A stretch of 64,000 bases of DNA from Tetramitus jugosus (GCA_937625935.1 OW569382.1:248001-312000); one strand, 5' to 3'; shown: positions 1 through 11,508, counted from the stretch's first letter. Made by a program: numbers and translations. Notes: generated from the sequence alone by a model not told the origin.

Positions 1-1
1 T

Positions 2-1573
2 TATGAAAACGTTGCTCCTTTGCTAGTATCTGAAAGTATTGATGACGAGTCTGATTGTCTCAATTCTATTTCCAGTGAACAAGAAATTCGAGCTTTAACA
101 CGTATGTGTATCGCAAACCATAAATTGAAGGGACAAGAGGATAGTACTCTTCAGGATTATATTGACAAGTTCACAAACATTGCAAACTCCACCATCCAAG
201 AACAAGTTGTCCGGATGCTTTTCAATATCGAGAGACTGTACAAAACGAGTGTTTCTAATTCTAAGGTGATTAATTTCTCCAATATGGAAGACCATTTATC
301 TCATATCAGATCTGAAATCGAGGAAAGAGTTGCATTCGATCCTAACATCGAAGATCGCGAATTACGAAACAATTTGATAAATCTCATCTACTGCTATGAT
401 GTGGAGGTGAAAGATAAGTTAAACCAAGAGAAAGAGAATTACATAGAACAATGCAGGCAACTTTTTGGTGACTTATGGAATTCAGAACGTATCTCTCTCA
501 AATCCTTCTTTGGGTTTTGGTCTGACAGCGACCATAAACACTACTTGAAAATTCTACATCAATCTAAAGCTGAATCTGATGTTTTGAGCTACAAACCAAT
601 GACCTACTTGGAATTATGTCAAAAGGAATTACCCCATAAATCTCAGAGCGATTTTCTACTGCATGATAAGTGGTACAGGCAGATACACAGTTTTTATACT
701 CAAAGAGTTCATACAATCAAAGGTTCCTACATTGAAAATATTAGACCAAGTGTAGTTGAAAATGCATGTGATGCCATCCTACAAGCAATTGATATTCACC
801 ACTTTGAAGAAATGAAACGGAAACAAGAATCTCAACAAAGAGAAGACAAGCGAAGAAGAGACGAAGAACTGTCTTATTTGAGGAAGCAAAAACTAGAGGA
901 ATTAGAGAAAAAGCTCCAAGAAACGAGAGAGAGGGAGAGAGAACATCTGGAACAAGAAGAGAAGCTAGCGCAAAGGGCTTTGCATGAGAGATTAGCACAA
1001 AAACAAAAGTTGATTAAATACAAAGAAAACGAGAGAAAACTAAAGCAGGAGATTGAAGACAACCGAGTAGCAGAAGAGAGAGAAAGAGTTAGAGAAAAGA
1101 AAGAACTCGAAAAGTATAATGCAGAGAGGGTTGCTTATCGAACGAATCAGACTCAATTAGCACAGGAAAGAAAATTCGAACTTCAACAACAAGGAATAGA
1201 GAAGGAACGAGAAGCACAGTACCAATTAGACAAATTGAGGGAAATAGTCAGACAAAAACTAAAGTTGGATTTAATAGAGACAGATATGGATAGATTGACA
1301 CAACCCACTGAATCATTGCACCATGCGCACCAACAACAAGTGATGGAAGTAGAGCAAAAGAAGAGGAATGCTGGTTCTCGTGGTGCTACAGGAGTGCATG
1401 GTTATACCACTGATGAGTTGATGAAAGACAAGAGGTTCAAGCTCAAAACCTTGCTAAGCGAAGTTGGACTTTTGCACTTCAATTATGCGAAAGAAGTAGT
1501 CATGACTGCAACTCCATTCAAGCCACCTCGAATCGATACATTCACTACAGATGAGCGACAACGGTTTCGTTAG
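2..1573 (+). CDS. CCDC148: Coiled-coil domain-containing protein 148-like (5'-partial)
   Basis: Frame is open from the window edge. A long E/K/R coiled coil is followed by a C-terminus (GYTTDELMKDKRFKLKTLLSEVGLLHFNYAKEV...KPPRID) resembling the CCDC148 C-terminal motif. Confidence 0.7.
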   Translation, partial: YENVAPLLVSESIDDESDCLNSISSEQEIRALTRMCIANHKLKGQEDSTLQDYIDKFTNIANSTIQEQVVRMLFNIERLYKTSVSNSKVINFSNMEDHLSHIRSEIEERVAFDPNIEDRELRNNLINLIYCYDVEVKDKLNQEKENYIEQCRQLFGDLWNSERISLKSFFGFWSDSDHKHYLKILHQSKAESDVLSYKPMTYLELCQKELPHKSQSDFLLHDKWYRQIHSFYTQRVHTIKGSYIENIRPSVVENACDAILQAIDIHHFEEMKRKQESQQREDKRRRDEELSYLRKQKLEELEKKLQETREREREHLEQEEKLAQRALHERLAQKQKLIKYKENERKLKQEIEDNRVAEERERVREKKELEKYNAERVAYRTNQTQLAQERKFELQQQGIEKEREAQYQLDKLREIVRQKLKLDLIETDMDRLTQPTESLHHAHQQQVMEVEQKKRNAGSRGATGVHGYTTDELMKDKRFKLKTLLSEVGLLHFNYAKEVVMTATPFKPPRIDTFTTDERQRFR

Positions 1574-1618
1574 TGAACAAAACGTATCCATGAGTATATC
1601 ATGGCAGTATCGTTCCCC

Positions 1619-3022
1619 CTAAATGATACATGTTGCGCTTGTGATGTTTGTCCCAGATTCCGTCTTGGCCACACGATAAGTCTTGTAGCAATCGATTCCC
1701 TTCTGTTCTGAATCAAAGTAATACTGCTGAAACTTTTCGATTTGTTGTGTGTGGAACAGAGATCCCATAGTTGTCGTTATCTTGCCCTTCAGTGAATAAC
1801 CTTGCTGCGGTTTTCGCATAATCAAATCTTGAATCTGACAAAAGAAGGGAGACGTTTTCACATCGATATACGATTGAACGTAGAATTGTTGGCTGGACCA
1901 ACGAGGTATCGTATCACTCGCATTCCAATTGAACTCTATCGGTTGTTCAATAATGTAGGACAAAGAGAGCGTTGGATCATACAGAGTCAACTCTAGCTCC
2001 AGACTCTTCATCGCAACGCGAGCAATATTTGGATTGAAACAGTTGAGAGAGGTTTGTAAGCCGAGCCAACCATCGATAGGTAAATGATACACCTGTATCT
2101 GATCAATAAATATGAACGCCGACCGGAAAAAGAAGTAATATACACTCACAGACGCAATCAACAACATGAACAAGATACTGAGTACACTTGTGACACAAAA
2201 GGACCACTTCCATCGCTTGTTCTTCTTCATCTCCATCGATATCATGGCATTGTACTTGACAACATGTCTCTGTTCTTCAACGTCGTTCAACGTGGCAAGT
2301 GTTGTGTGCGATGGTCCCATGCGACGCCTCGGAGTTGCCATCATATCAGGATAGTATTCTTCATTATCGTCATTATTGTACGTATTGTTTGCATATTGAC
2401 TGTGGGTATCATTACCGTCTTGATCATGAGTCATTTGACTATTGTTATTGTCATTGTTATTGTTATTGCTCGGGTAATTGTGTGATTTACTACTAAATCT
2501 TCTCAATGATCTCTTATTCGTATACGTATGATAATATTCTTCTTCATCCGATGGATCACTACTCGTATTCCTTGCTCCCATCGATGCATAATACTTTTTA
2601 GTCGACGACGATGACGTTGACGCTGGCTGCTGTACATTATACTTGGTGGTGGCGGCGGCGGTTGACTGAGATGATACATCACTTGGCACCTGCACTACAC
2701 TACTCGAATTTTTTCGCTTGTGTTGACTCGCACTACTGTTGGCACTCTGAGGTGAAACAGCAGTGATTGCAGAGCTATTGCTCACAGCATGCACTCTCAT
2801 TTGTTGTTTAATGAGCAGAGAGGAACGTTCACTTTTTCTTTGAGAGGAGGAAGTAGCTGCATGGCTGTTACTGTTGATACTGTTAGCTACAGGTGTCGAA
2901 AAGGAAGAAGTGTTTGCTCCATAGTGATAATAAAAGGATTCATCATCAGTGTGATCGTCGTTGGTACTTGTTGCGAGGTCATTGGCAAAACTGTGTCGCA
3001 TACGCGCGATTCTATCCTCCAT
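1619..3022 (-). CDS. Single-pass membrane protein with a low-complexity N-terminus and an LEA_2-like C-terminal domain
   Basis: ORF of about 467 aa. One TM segment (FCVTSVLSILFMLLIASVSVYYFFF) is followed by an NPN motif (CFNPNIARV) typical of LEA_2/WHy domains. Confidence 0.5.
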   Translation of the reverse strand: MEDRIARMRHSFANDLATSTNDDHTDDESFYYHYGANTSSFSTPVANSINSNSHAATSSSQRKSERSSLLIKQQMRVHAVSNSSAITAVSPQSANSSASQHKRKNSSSVVQVPSDVSSQSTAAATTKYNVQQPASTSSSSTKKYYASMGARNTSSDPSDEEEYYHTYTNKRSLRRFSSKSHNYPSNNNNNDNNNSQMTHDQDGNDTHSQYANNTYNNDDNEEYYPDMMATPRRRMGPSHTTLATLNDVEEQRHVVKYNAMISMEMKKNKRWKWSFCVTSVLSILFMLLIASVSVYYFFFRSAFIFIDQIQVYHLPIDGWLGLQTSLNCFNPNIARVAMKSLELELTLYDPTLSLSYIIEQPIEFNWNASDTIPRWSSQQFYVQSYIDVKTSPFFCQIQDLIMRKPQQGYSLKGKITTTMGSLFHTQQIEKFQQYYFDSEQKGIDCYKTYRVAKTESGTNITSATCII

Positions 3023-3243
3023 TCTCAAATCTCGTTATTGTTGTGTCTTCTCTGAGCTCACGCGTGTTTTCGTTCTTTGTTGAATGAGTTGGAATTGTTT
3101 GTTTCCGCTTTGGAACTTTTTTCTCCTTCAGCAGAATCAAATTTCCCGCCGATTGCATTGAAAACAGAAAACAACCAAATTTGAGTTCACAACAATTTCG
3201 TAGTACACTAGTGTAGAGAGAGCATATATATATATCATTCACA

Positions 3244-4426
3244 ATGTCAGAGGATAACGGTTTTGATTTGTATGGTGATGTGCTTGACACAACAGATAAC
3301 AACACCAATAGCACCCACCACCATCACCATCATTCCTATTCACAACAACATCAACAATTGTCTGATCCAAGACTTGCACCATCTCTCAATCATCAACATC
3401 CATCATCAACATCCTTCCACTCAAGTGTCGTTGTTCCATCCAACATTATCATTCAACAACAACAACAACAGCAACAACAAGCATCAACAGTTGCAAAAGC
3501 AGCAGTAACAGACAATTTTATAGAAGAAGCCAACAACAACAACAACATGTTGATTGATGTTGTTCCTGGATTGATCACTAGACGTCAAACACCGTTTCAA
3601 CAAGCACCCATGAATTGGTTACAACATAGTAGTTCATCATCCACGATGGATCATGATGCCACCGTGTATGTGTCCATTTCTGGATTGCACTGGTATACGA
3701 CGGATGCTTACATGGAGAATTTGTTAGGACAGTATGGAAAGGTTGTTCGATGTGATTTTTTAGAGGAGAAGACCAATGGAAAGTCAAAGGGGTACGTGTT
3801 TGTTGTGTTGCTGCAATATTTTTCATTACATTTAATTTAACTCCAACATGTGTGTATGTGTGCGTGTATGTAGTGCCTTGTGTTGTGAGTATGCAACGTT
3901 GGAGGCTGCCAACTTGGCAAAGAATAACTTGAATGGCGCGTTTATACAGGGAGTGCCCATTACGGCTTCTTTTTCATCCAATTATCCAAATTCAAGGTAT
4001 GGTATCGGAGGAGAAGCATTGGTATCTAGTGGTGGTGGAGGTGGTGGATCAGGAAGCTATCATGGTGGTGGTGGTGGCAGTCGTAATCAGGGTGGACGCT
4101 CAACCGGACGTGGTGGCGGTTCAAAATCATCGTCATTCAGATCTGACTCCCATTCAACGATGGATCATGATCGTGATCGCCATGATGACGCACAACAAGA
4201 ATATTTCAGTAATGACAAGAACGAGTACAACAAGAGATCGAGGTCAGATGACAATAGAAGATCAGATTATTATGATGACCATCATCGATATAGAAGTAGT
4301 CGAAGAAGTAATGAAAGAGAGGATCGATATAGAGACAGTGACAGCAGAGGAAACAAAAGCCATGGTACTCGTGAGAGAAGTCCCTCTGATCGAAGAAGCA
4401 GTGGTGGTCATCGAAATCGAAGATAA
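3244..4426 (+). CDS. RRM protein, cleavage factor Im large subunit (CPSF6/7)-like; 2 exons, intron 3792-3873
   Basis: RRM (ISGLHWYTTD...FLEEKTNGKSKG|ALCCEY) is restored by a GT..AG intron. Gly-rich and RS/RD-rich C-terminus. Confidence 0.7.
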
Positions 4427-4525
4427 ACAACAGTTGCCAATTCGAGCGTGATTGATGGAAAGCACACGAGACATTGTATATGCACAAAGTGTGAAAGAAA
4501 TTCAAAAATGTGGAGTTTCGAATGT

Positions 4526-5314
4526 TTATTCATTCCGCTTTCTCTTACCTGTCATTTGCTTGGTATTGGATGACTCGCTGTTGTTCGATTTTTTGGTGGC
4601 TGCATCACTTGCATTGGTTGATTTTCTGACTTTGACTCTCGATTTCTTTGCTGTTTTAGTAGCGGCAGAGTCATTCTTGATGGTCGTGGCAACTGCAACA
4701 GATCCAGTGGTGGATGTTGGCTGCGTTCTGTTCATTTGATGCACTTTGACCTTGTTGGACAAGTGCTGTTGAATGGCACTCAATGGTGAAGACTGAAACA
4801 CTGGATGCTCAAATACATTTTGTAATTGTTGCACTTCTGAAGACAATAGTTTTGCACGTTTCTTGGACGTCAGTCGCTTCTTCTTCTGTCCTTCGAGCTT
4901 TTGTTTCTCCAATAGTTCTCTCTGCTTGATTTTTCCATCTTCAGAGTGTAGCAAAGATGAAATTGCACCAAACGAAAACTTGGACTCATCATTTGCATCC
5001 ACAGCACCATGATTTGCATCGCTCATGTCGCTTGCTTTTTTGAATTTGGCTTGTTGTGCCTCAAGCTTTTGAAGAAATTCTTCTCTCTTTGATTTCGATT
5101 CGACTCTCTTCATCTTCCTTCTCTTGTTTCTCGACATGGGAACTTTGGAAGATGCAGCACTTGATGTTTCCTTTCTGTTGTTGAGTGATGATGCAGCATC
5201 GTCGCTGTTTTCTTCTTGCGCTTGTTGCTCTTCTTTTTCTCTGGTGGAAATCTCTTCCTGAGTCTCAATTTTTTCAAATGTATTGTCTGCTGCTAACTTT
5301 CTTCTCTTTGCCAT
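4526..5314 (-). CDS. Ribosome biogenesis factor SLX9/FAM207A-like
   Basis: Basic protein with the SLX9-type motif EVQQLQNVFEHPVFQSSPLSAIQQHL. Confidence 0.65.
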   Translation of the reverse strand: MAKRRKLAADNTFEKIETQEEISTREKEEQQAQEENSDDAASSLNNRKETSSAASSKVPMSRNKRRKMKRVESKSKREEFLQKLEAQQAKFKKASDMSDANHGAVDANDESKFSFGAISSLLHSEDGKIKQRELLEKQKLEGQKKKRLTSKKRAKLLSSEVQQLQNVFEHPVFQSSPLSAIQQHLSNKVKVHQMNRTQPTSTTGSVAVATTIKNDSAATKTAKKSRVKVRKSTNASDAATKKSNNSESSNTKQMTGKRKRNE

Positions 5315-5478
5315 CTTTTTGTGTGTTTGTCTTTCGAATTGTTTTGTGTGAATTTTTTCGTTGAGACTTCAAGTTGCATTTTTTTCCCTCCAAAAAAGCA
5401 AGTTTGGGAGTTACAGAAAAAACTGGAAGTGCCCTTGGAAGCAAAGTTTCTCATATGATTAAAACCATCGACGTTTGA

Positions 5479-6452
5479 ATGAATAGTACGACAACAAAGG
5501 GTAGCAAAAAACAAAAAGCTCATGTTTCTTTTCAAGCGAGCACTTCAGAGCAAACACAATTGGTAGGTTTCGAAAATGGTGTCAGAATTACTGTTGTTGG
5601 GATCGTTCATTTTACTCTATCGTTATTTAATTATCTAATCAGACACGAGTTGCTCTACGAGAAGTAACAAACAAGGTACCAGAAGATGCAATGGACACAA
5701 AGAATAGACAAATTGCGTATCTTCAACAACAAATAGCTGAATGTAAGGTTATTGGTTTTCATTCTTTGCACGTTCTATCCTGAGGGTATTCTCTGTTATA
5801 ACTCTCTTGAATTATCGAAGTAAAACGAAGGACCTCTGAAACAAATAATAATATTATTCAAAAGAATGTGAGACTCTCTCGACAATTGACTATCGTTGCT
5901 TCTGAGAGAGATTTGCTAAAAGAAACAGTCGAAGAGTTGAAATTAGAGAATGCTCTTTACAAAGGACGGACTGAAGAGTTGCAGCGAATAATTCAAACAT
6001 TGTTGGTTAACTTGAGAAGTAGGGATAATTTGAATGAAACTTACCAAACATCTTCGATCGCACAACCACATTTGGAACTCAATCGAGAACCAACTCCCCC
6101 AAAAGACAATGAGTTTACAGAAGAGCCTCGAAGAAGGACGCTAAGCTTAAATTCAACTGAATCTCTTACTCATTCGTCTTTCGAATCCCTTGAAAGAACA
6201 GAACAAGAACTGCCTGGAGATTCTGAAGCAGACCAGGATGATCGAGGGAACATGGATGAACCAATGAACCAATCAACAGCACATCGACCCAGAAGAAATT
6301 GTACAGCCATGAAGAAGAGATACATAGAACCGAATTCGAGGTCAAAATTGAGAAGGGGTGACGCTAACACGTTTGGCATAAACGATGTCACGAAACTGTA
6401 CAAGTGCTTTGATAAAGTAATACACAAAAAAAGGAAGAATTCTCTGAAGTGA
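5479..6452 (+). CDS. Shugoshin-like protein; 3 exons (introns 5563-5642, 5743-5820)
   Basis: The spliced model is in frame. It has a D-box-like RVALREVTN, an N-terminal coiled coil (LKRRTSETNNNIIQKNVRL) and a C-terminal SGO motif (RPRRNCTAMKKRYIEPNSRSKLRRGD). Confidence 0.75.
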
Positions 6453-6457
6453 ATAAT

Positions 6458-9220
6458 TTACAATACACCATATTTGTCAATAAGGAATTGTTTGTCGTCT
6501 CTCTCAAGCTTTGCATCGGCTTCAGCAGTGACCATTCTTGTTCTAAACATTTGAAGTCTCATGAACAAGAAATATGATAACAAAGCCATAATTATTGTCG
6601 TGATGGCGAGAGTTATTGGATGAAAGACATAAAAGGTTGCCAAGTACCAATATTTTCGAAGATTGTCCACATTTTTGAATACGACATTATTATTCCATGA
6701 TCGAGCCATCATATCCACAGGCGTCAAACGTTCGCTGTTCATGTGAGGTCCACATTCATCAGCAGTCCTCAATAAAAACACGACTGCAGGCACTATACTA
6801 AGTATCATTGTAATGAAGAGAAGCAAATGATTATAGGGAGAGCTCCTTCCATCAATCTCTGGATTGGTAGGAAATTTGCACATCAACATCATCGTGAAAT
6901 ACTTTGTATAGAACAGTATAACAGATGACAACACTCCTAGCAAAGGGATCATCGGAGACATGATCGATCCAATCCAAATGATTGATTGACGATACATAAG
7001 TTCGATTACATTCGTATGAATTTCAAACTCTAGCAAGGCTTTGTTGTGAGCAGATCTTCTCTTTGTTTCGATTTGAATCTTAGACCCTTCGCTATTTCTT
7101 CTGAACCATCGCCTTCTTCTCACACCCTTTGATTCTTCATTTTCTGATGCTGATGTATTGTCAACAATAGTTTGAATTGCCTCTGTCACTCCTTCTTGTG
7201 TACTAACTGCAAATATTCCTTGTTTTTTAATAGTTTCGACAGCAGTCTTTTGTTTCAACCGATACACGACTTCTTCATCTTCATCTTCTTTCACAAACAA
7301 CCTCATCCCTTGGTAGAAAACAAATGTACCAACAACAGTGAACAGCCAAGACAATACAAAGTCAATGAGAAGCATTTGCCAGAACAGCAAGCCCGCTTCG
7401 TTGGCTATACACTTGTTTGGCTTCAGAACATTTGTTTGTTTGATTAACTTGTTGGGATACAATACTCTAATCATCAACGCAACTGTAGTACTCATCTTGA
7501 CGAAGAAAATCCTCAGGATGATATTGTTGTTAGTGGTGGCCATACTTTCATAATCCTCCAGGTAGACTAAAAACTTCAAAACTAGTGGGAAGACAGCATT
7601 GATTGCGGATGTAATGATTGAAGTGGTATAAGCGAACTTGGTATTAATTTCATCGTAGTAGTACGCAACAAAGCCGACTGCAACAGGGGCACCAATAATA
7701 AGAATTAGGGACAGTACTATCCCAACTATTCTCCGAATAATCAATATGACTAGCTCTTTCTTGGACTTCTTCTTGCTCCGTTTCTCAAGCAATTCATCAT
7801 GTTTTAATCTTTCCTTCAACATATTTGCAATGCTTCTTTTCATTTGATCGACCGACTTTTCCTCTGAAGTGTTGTGGTCCCACATATTGAATACGCAGTT
7901 GACATAGAAATAGGAGGTACCAACCAAGGAACTTACTCTACGTAATCTCTTACCAATTGCATGTACAATGATTATTAGAGACACGATAAAGTAGCAAATG
8001 ATCGCCATAGGATGGAAGAATGTAAAGCTCCAATGAAGTTTCCCGAACAAATAGGAAAAACTTGCTGGATAAGCTCCATAGAAGAACCAGGAGTAATGTC
8101 CAATGATGCTCCCGTCTAATCCAATTATTCCAGAGAGAAAATCTACTGTCCAATTGTTCCAACCTCGAAAACCGATAAACCAAGGAAGAATCAAGAGTAA
8201 AAACATGATCACGAATGTCACAATATTCATATAGATAATAGATACAAAAAACTCGTAAAATGAAGCAATTCCACTTCCAAAGTTCTTTTCTACCAAGCGA
8301 ACAGTGCTCTTAAAAGGTCTGATTTTGTTCAAGAAGACCATGTATTTCCTTCCACCTAAGTACCTTTTGGCAGTATTCCAACTCTTTCGAATAAAAGTTA
8401 TTATTTTGGAATTGGATTTAATCTCTTCCTCTGCAGTGTTGGTCTGGATTGTGTATCGTCTGATGTACTCTCTTAGCTTATGTTTATCCTTTAATAACTC
8501 ATACCTCTCCTCTCTCTCTATCATCTGTTGATACTTTAACAATCTGTAATTCTGAGAGTAATCTTGTGAGACAACCTCATTTTCTATAACAGGACAGGAG
8601 GGAATCGGATGGTCTGTGCTAAGAGACTTTTCTCCAATTGATGTCATTTTGCTTATTTCTAGATGAGCAATATGAGGATTAAACTCTGGTTTATCCACTC
8701 CTCCATGATACTCATCCATTGGTACAGGATCAGCTTCATGTGTCCATTTTCCATCTTCCATCTGTTCGTTCTTTCGAAATATACCAGGAGAAGTTTGGTC
8801 AACATTCTCCATTTCAATTTCATTGAACGGAAACGGATTGTTGCCACCGTAGTCATGCATGGCAAAGGTAATAGAGCTTGGAGATGTAATGTTTAAGAGT
8901 GGTCCTCCGCTGTTCGCATAGGCAGGTGGGTGTATATTGCTCAGCGATGGAACTGAAATGTTATGATGAGATTGAGAAGCATTATTGGGAATAATTACAA
9001 TTTCTTCATCGGTGTCCGACCCACTGGAATCAGATATTTCAATGCCCCATTCGCTAGGATTTTCAACAGAATTGATTCTTGTCCTTGCCTCCACTCTTCT
9101 TTGATGCTCTTCTATGGCTGCCTGTATCTCTCTCAAGTTTGGAACTCTATTGGAGTAGACAGAGTTCCTAGTGTCATTGAAAGACCTGGGAGAATCGCGA
9201 GGTAGATTTTTATCAGACAT
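6458..9220 (-). CDS. Transmembrane channel-like (TMC) protein
   Basis: 920-aa multi-TM protein with the TMC signatures VEKNFGSGIASFYEF and EFEIHTNVIELMYRQSIIWIGSIMSPMIP. Confidence 0.85.
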   Translation of the reverse strand: MSDKNLPRDSPRSFNDTRNSVYSNRVPNLREIQAAIEEHQRRVEARTRINSVENPSEWGIEISDSSGSDTDEEIVIIPNNASQSHHNISVPSLSNIHPPAYANSGGPLLNITSPSSITFAMHDYGGNNPFPFNEIEMENVDQTSPGIFRKNEQMEDGKWTHEADPVPMDEYHGGVDKPEFNPHIAHLEISKMTSIGEKSLSTDHPIPSCPVIENEVVSQDYSQNYRLLKYQQMIEREERYELLKDKHKLREYIRRYTIQTNTAEEEIKSNSKIITFIRKSWNTAKRYLGGRKYMVFLNKIRPFKSTVRLVEKNFGSGIASFYEFFVSIIYMNIVTFVIMFLLLILPWFIGFRGWNNWTVDFLSGIIGLDGSIIGHYSWFFYGAYPASFSYLFGKLHWSFTFFHPMAIICYFIVSLIIIVHAIGKRLRRVSSLVGTSYFYVNCVFNMWDHNTSEEKSVDQMKRSIANMLKERLKHDELLEKRSKKKSKKELVILIIRRIVGIVLSLILIIGAPVAVGFVAYYYDEINTKFAYTTSIITSAINAVFPLVLKFLVYLEDYESMATTNNNIILRIFFVKMSTTVALMIRVLYPNKLIKQTNVLKPNKCIANEAGLLFWQMLLIDFVLSWLFTVVGTFVFYQGMRLFVKEDEDEEVVYRLKQKTAVETIKKQGIFAVSTQEGVTEAIQTIVDNTSASENEESKGVRRRRWFRRNSEGSKIQIETKRRSAHNKALLEFEIHTNVIELMYRQSIIWIGSIMSPMIPLLGVLSSVILFYTKYFTMMLMCKFPTNPEIDGRSSPYNHLLLFITMILSIVPAVVFLLRTADECGPHMNSERLTPVDMMARSWNNNVVFKNVDNLRKYWYLATFYVFHPITLAITTIIMALLSYFLFMRLQMFRTRMVTAEADAKLERDDKQFLIDKYGVL

Positions 9221-9428
9221 CTCAGACTTCGTTTTGTTCTTGTTCTTCGTTTGAGATTTAATGGGAAAAGATTTTTCCTAAGAAGGGAGCTCCCTTCTAA
9301 CTGCAATGGAGCCTTTCAACAGTAGTTGAATACTGAACGGTTGTCATTTTCTCCGTCAAGGCGCCAAAGAACTGACATCAAGTTCCGATCTCACTTTCTC
9401 TTCTCAGAAAAACGACGAAAAAAACCAA

Positions 9429-10052
9429 ATGAAAAGCGCGCGAACCTTGGCCGTCGTAGTGGTGCTTGTTTTGCTACTTCAAGCAATGATTACGACAATC
9501 ATCGCTGATTCATCGCAAATCTATCAAAACTGCTCTCAACTCTACCGAACACAATACAAGTGTCAATATCCATCTTTATCGAAACGAACATTCGAGTACA
9601 AGAATTGTCCCTCCAATGGAACACTCCTTGTTCGATGCTATCCAATACTAGGCGTCAACTGTACGATTGATGGAGACTCGTTTGAAGTGTTTGACGATGA
9701 ACAGACAACAACAGACGAAGCGCTGTCCACTCTTGTCAATACGAACATTTATTTTTTGAAACCAATTTCCTGTGTTTACACAAATGGCGCCAAATTTTTT
9801 GTAGCATTGGGTTTGAGTATCTTTTTGGGTATATGTGGAGTGGATCGGTGTTATCTGGGTTATTGGGGACTCGGTGTCTTCAAGTTGTTTACGATCGGAG
9901 GATTCGGTGTTTGGTGGATGATTGACTTGATGTTAATTAGTATGCAATTTTTGGGTCCGAATGATGGTAGTTCCTATGTCGTGGGTTACAATGGACCACG
10001 AACAAGTGCCATGTACCGAACGAATGAAACACTTGTGGTCAACTTTGGTTGA
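9429..10052 (+). CDS. TM2 domain-containing protein (TM2D1-like)
   Basis: Signal peptide, Cys-rich ectodomain and a TM2 motif (LSIFLGICGVDRCYLGY...KLFTIGGFGVWWMIDL). Confidence 0.9.
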   Translation: MKSARTLAVVVVLVLLLQAMITTIIADSSQIYQNCSQLYRTQYKCQYPSLSKRTFEYKNCPSNGTLLVRCYPILGVNCTIDGDSFEVFDDEQTTTDEALSTLVNTNIYFLKPISCVYTNGAKFFVALGLSIFLGICGVDRCYLGYWGLGVFKLFTIGGFGVWWMIDLMLISMQFLGPNDGSSYVVGYNGPRTSAMYRTNETLVVNFG

Positions 10053-10257
10053 AAGGATGGAAGATTTCAGGAATGTTGAAACCAACAACAATTCATTTAT
10101 TTCAACGATAGAGTGAGGAGAGAATTGCTTTCAGAGACAATTGCACATACCACCATTTAACTGATGACATCTGTGCATCAATAGCAATTGCAGATGGCTG
10201 TGTGACAGAATCAAACTAAAAAAGTACAAGACAAAATGGTCACGTAAATAAACACGA

Positions 10258-11508
10258 CTATTTTTTATTCTTGTTTTGAGATGATTGTTGTTGAGGCTGT
10301 TGCTGTTGTTGTTGTGCTGCCTTTTGTTGTTCTTTCCTCTTTATCGTCCTCTTCTTCTTTCTGTTCTTTTTGCTAGGCTGTGGAACAGGAATGGTTTTCA
10401 CCGTTGGTTCACTCGCAGTTGGATGTTGGTGATGACTGGCTGCTGATGTCGATAACATAGATTGTGCCAACAATTGATGTTGATGCATGAGTGAATCAAC
10501 CAAGGTTCTCATCTCGAGTCTCGTTCGATTCAACTCTTCAATTTGCTTCTTATTCTGACTCAACTCTTGCTTCAATGATTGATTCTGTGTCGAGTATTCA
10601 ATGAGAGCTGACATTGCCTTTTGATACTTGATTGTGAGTGATTGATTCTGAGCAATGAGTTCATTCAGAGAGGAAACAGTGAAAATGGACAGCTGTTGTG
10701 GGGTCAAGTCACTAGTATCACCGTTTGTGGTATCCATGATGATGGGTAATGTCAGGGAACATGCCAAATTTTCATCTAAACTACTACTATTGTTGTTTGC
10801 GTCTATCGATTGTATCTTGTAGAGTGAAATGTTTGGTTTGATACTCTTTTTATCATCATCATCATCATTATCATTAGTTGTCGTAGTAGTATTACAATTT
10901 TGGTTCTGTTCATTACTCCGTTGTTGCGTCTTCAACCACTTGTTTTCAATGTGTTGCTTGACTTGATTGTACTCGTTGGTCGAATCGCTGCTCTCCACTA
11001 CACACTTGCAAAACTGTGGTACTATTAAATCAACTGTTACAATTCTCTTGTTGTTTGTTTTCACTTGATTATTATCACTGTTATTGTTGTTGCTGTTTGA
11101 TAATGTTTCTTCATCGACCATTGCCGTGGTTGTTGCGTTTGAAGCAGCAGCTGCAATCGAAGCATTCGACAATTTCATTGAACTCAAATTCAATTGTAAT
11201 TTTGGCATCAGTGTCGTTCTTATCTCATCTTCATTATCACCACTCTCTTCATGCTGTTCATCATCATCAATAGGATCATTATCGTTGTTATTTTGATCAT
11301 GTTGGTCCGTCAATTTCCCGTTTCTTAGTTGTGAGAGTGAGCTCATGTTCAATCGGAGAATTGTATCGGTAGAGGAAGAGTCGAGTCGGCTAGTGATGGG
11401 TGCTTGTTGTTGTTGTTCATCGACTGGAGTGGATGCTGAGGAAGAGGGTTCACTGTTTGATGGTGTTGTGGATTTTGGGGGGAGAGAACCAAGATTGAGT
11501 TTGAACAT
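10258..11508 (-). CDS. Hypothetical low-complexity/coiled-coil protein
   Basis: 416-aa ATG ORF with N/Q/D tracts, a C-terminal coiled coil and a basic NLS-like stretch. Confidence 0.6.
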   Translation of the reverse strand: MFKLNLGSLPPKSTTPSNSEPSSSASTPVDEQQQQAPITSRLDSSSTDTILRLNMSSLSQLRNGKLTDQHDQNNNDNDPIDDDEQHEESGDNEDEIRTTLMPKLQLNLSSMKLSNASIAAAASNATTTAMVDEETLSNSNNNNSDNNQVKTNNKRIVTVDLIVPQFCKCVVESSDSTNEYNQVKQHIENKWLKTQQRSNEQNQNCNTTTTTNDNDDDDDKKSIKPNISLYKIQSIDANNNSSSLDENLACSLTLPIIMDTTNGDTSDLTPQQLSIFTVSSLNELIAQNQSLTIKYQKAMSALIEYSTQNQSLKQELSQNKKQIEELNRTRLEMRTLVDSLMHQHQLLAQSMLSTSAASHHQHPTASEPTVKTIPVPQPSKKNRKKKRTIKRKEQQKAAQQQQQQPQQQSSQNKNKK

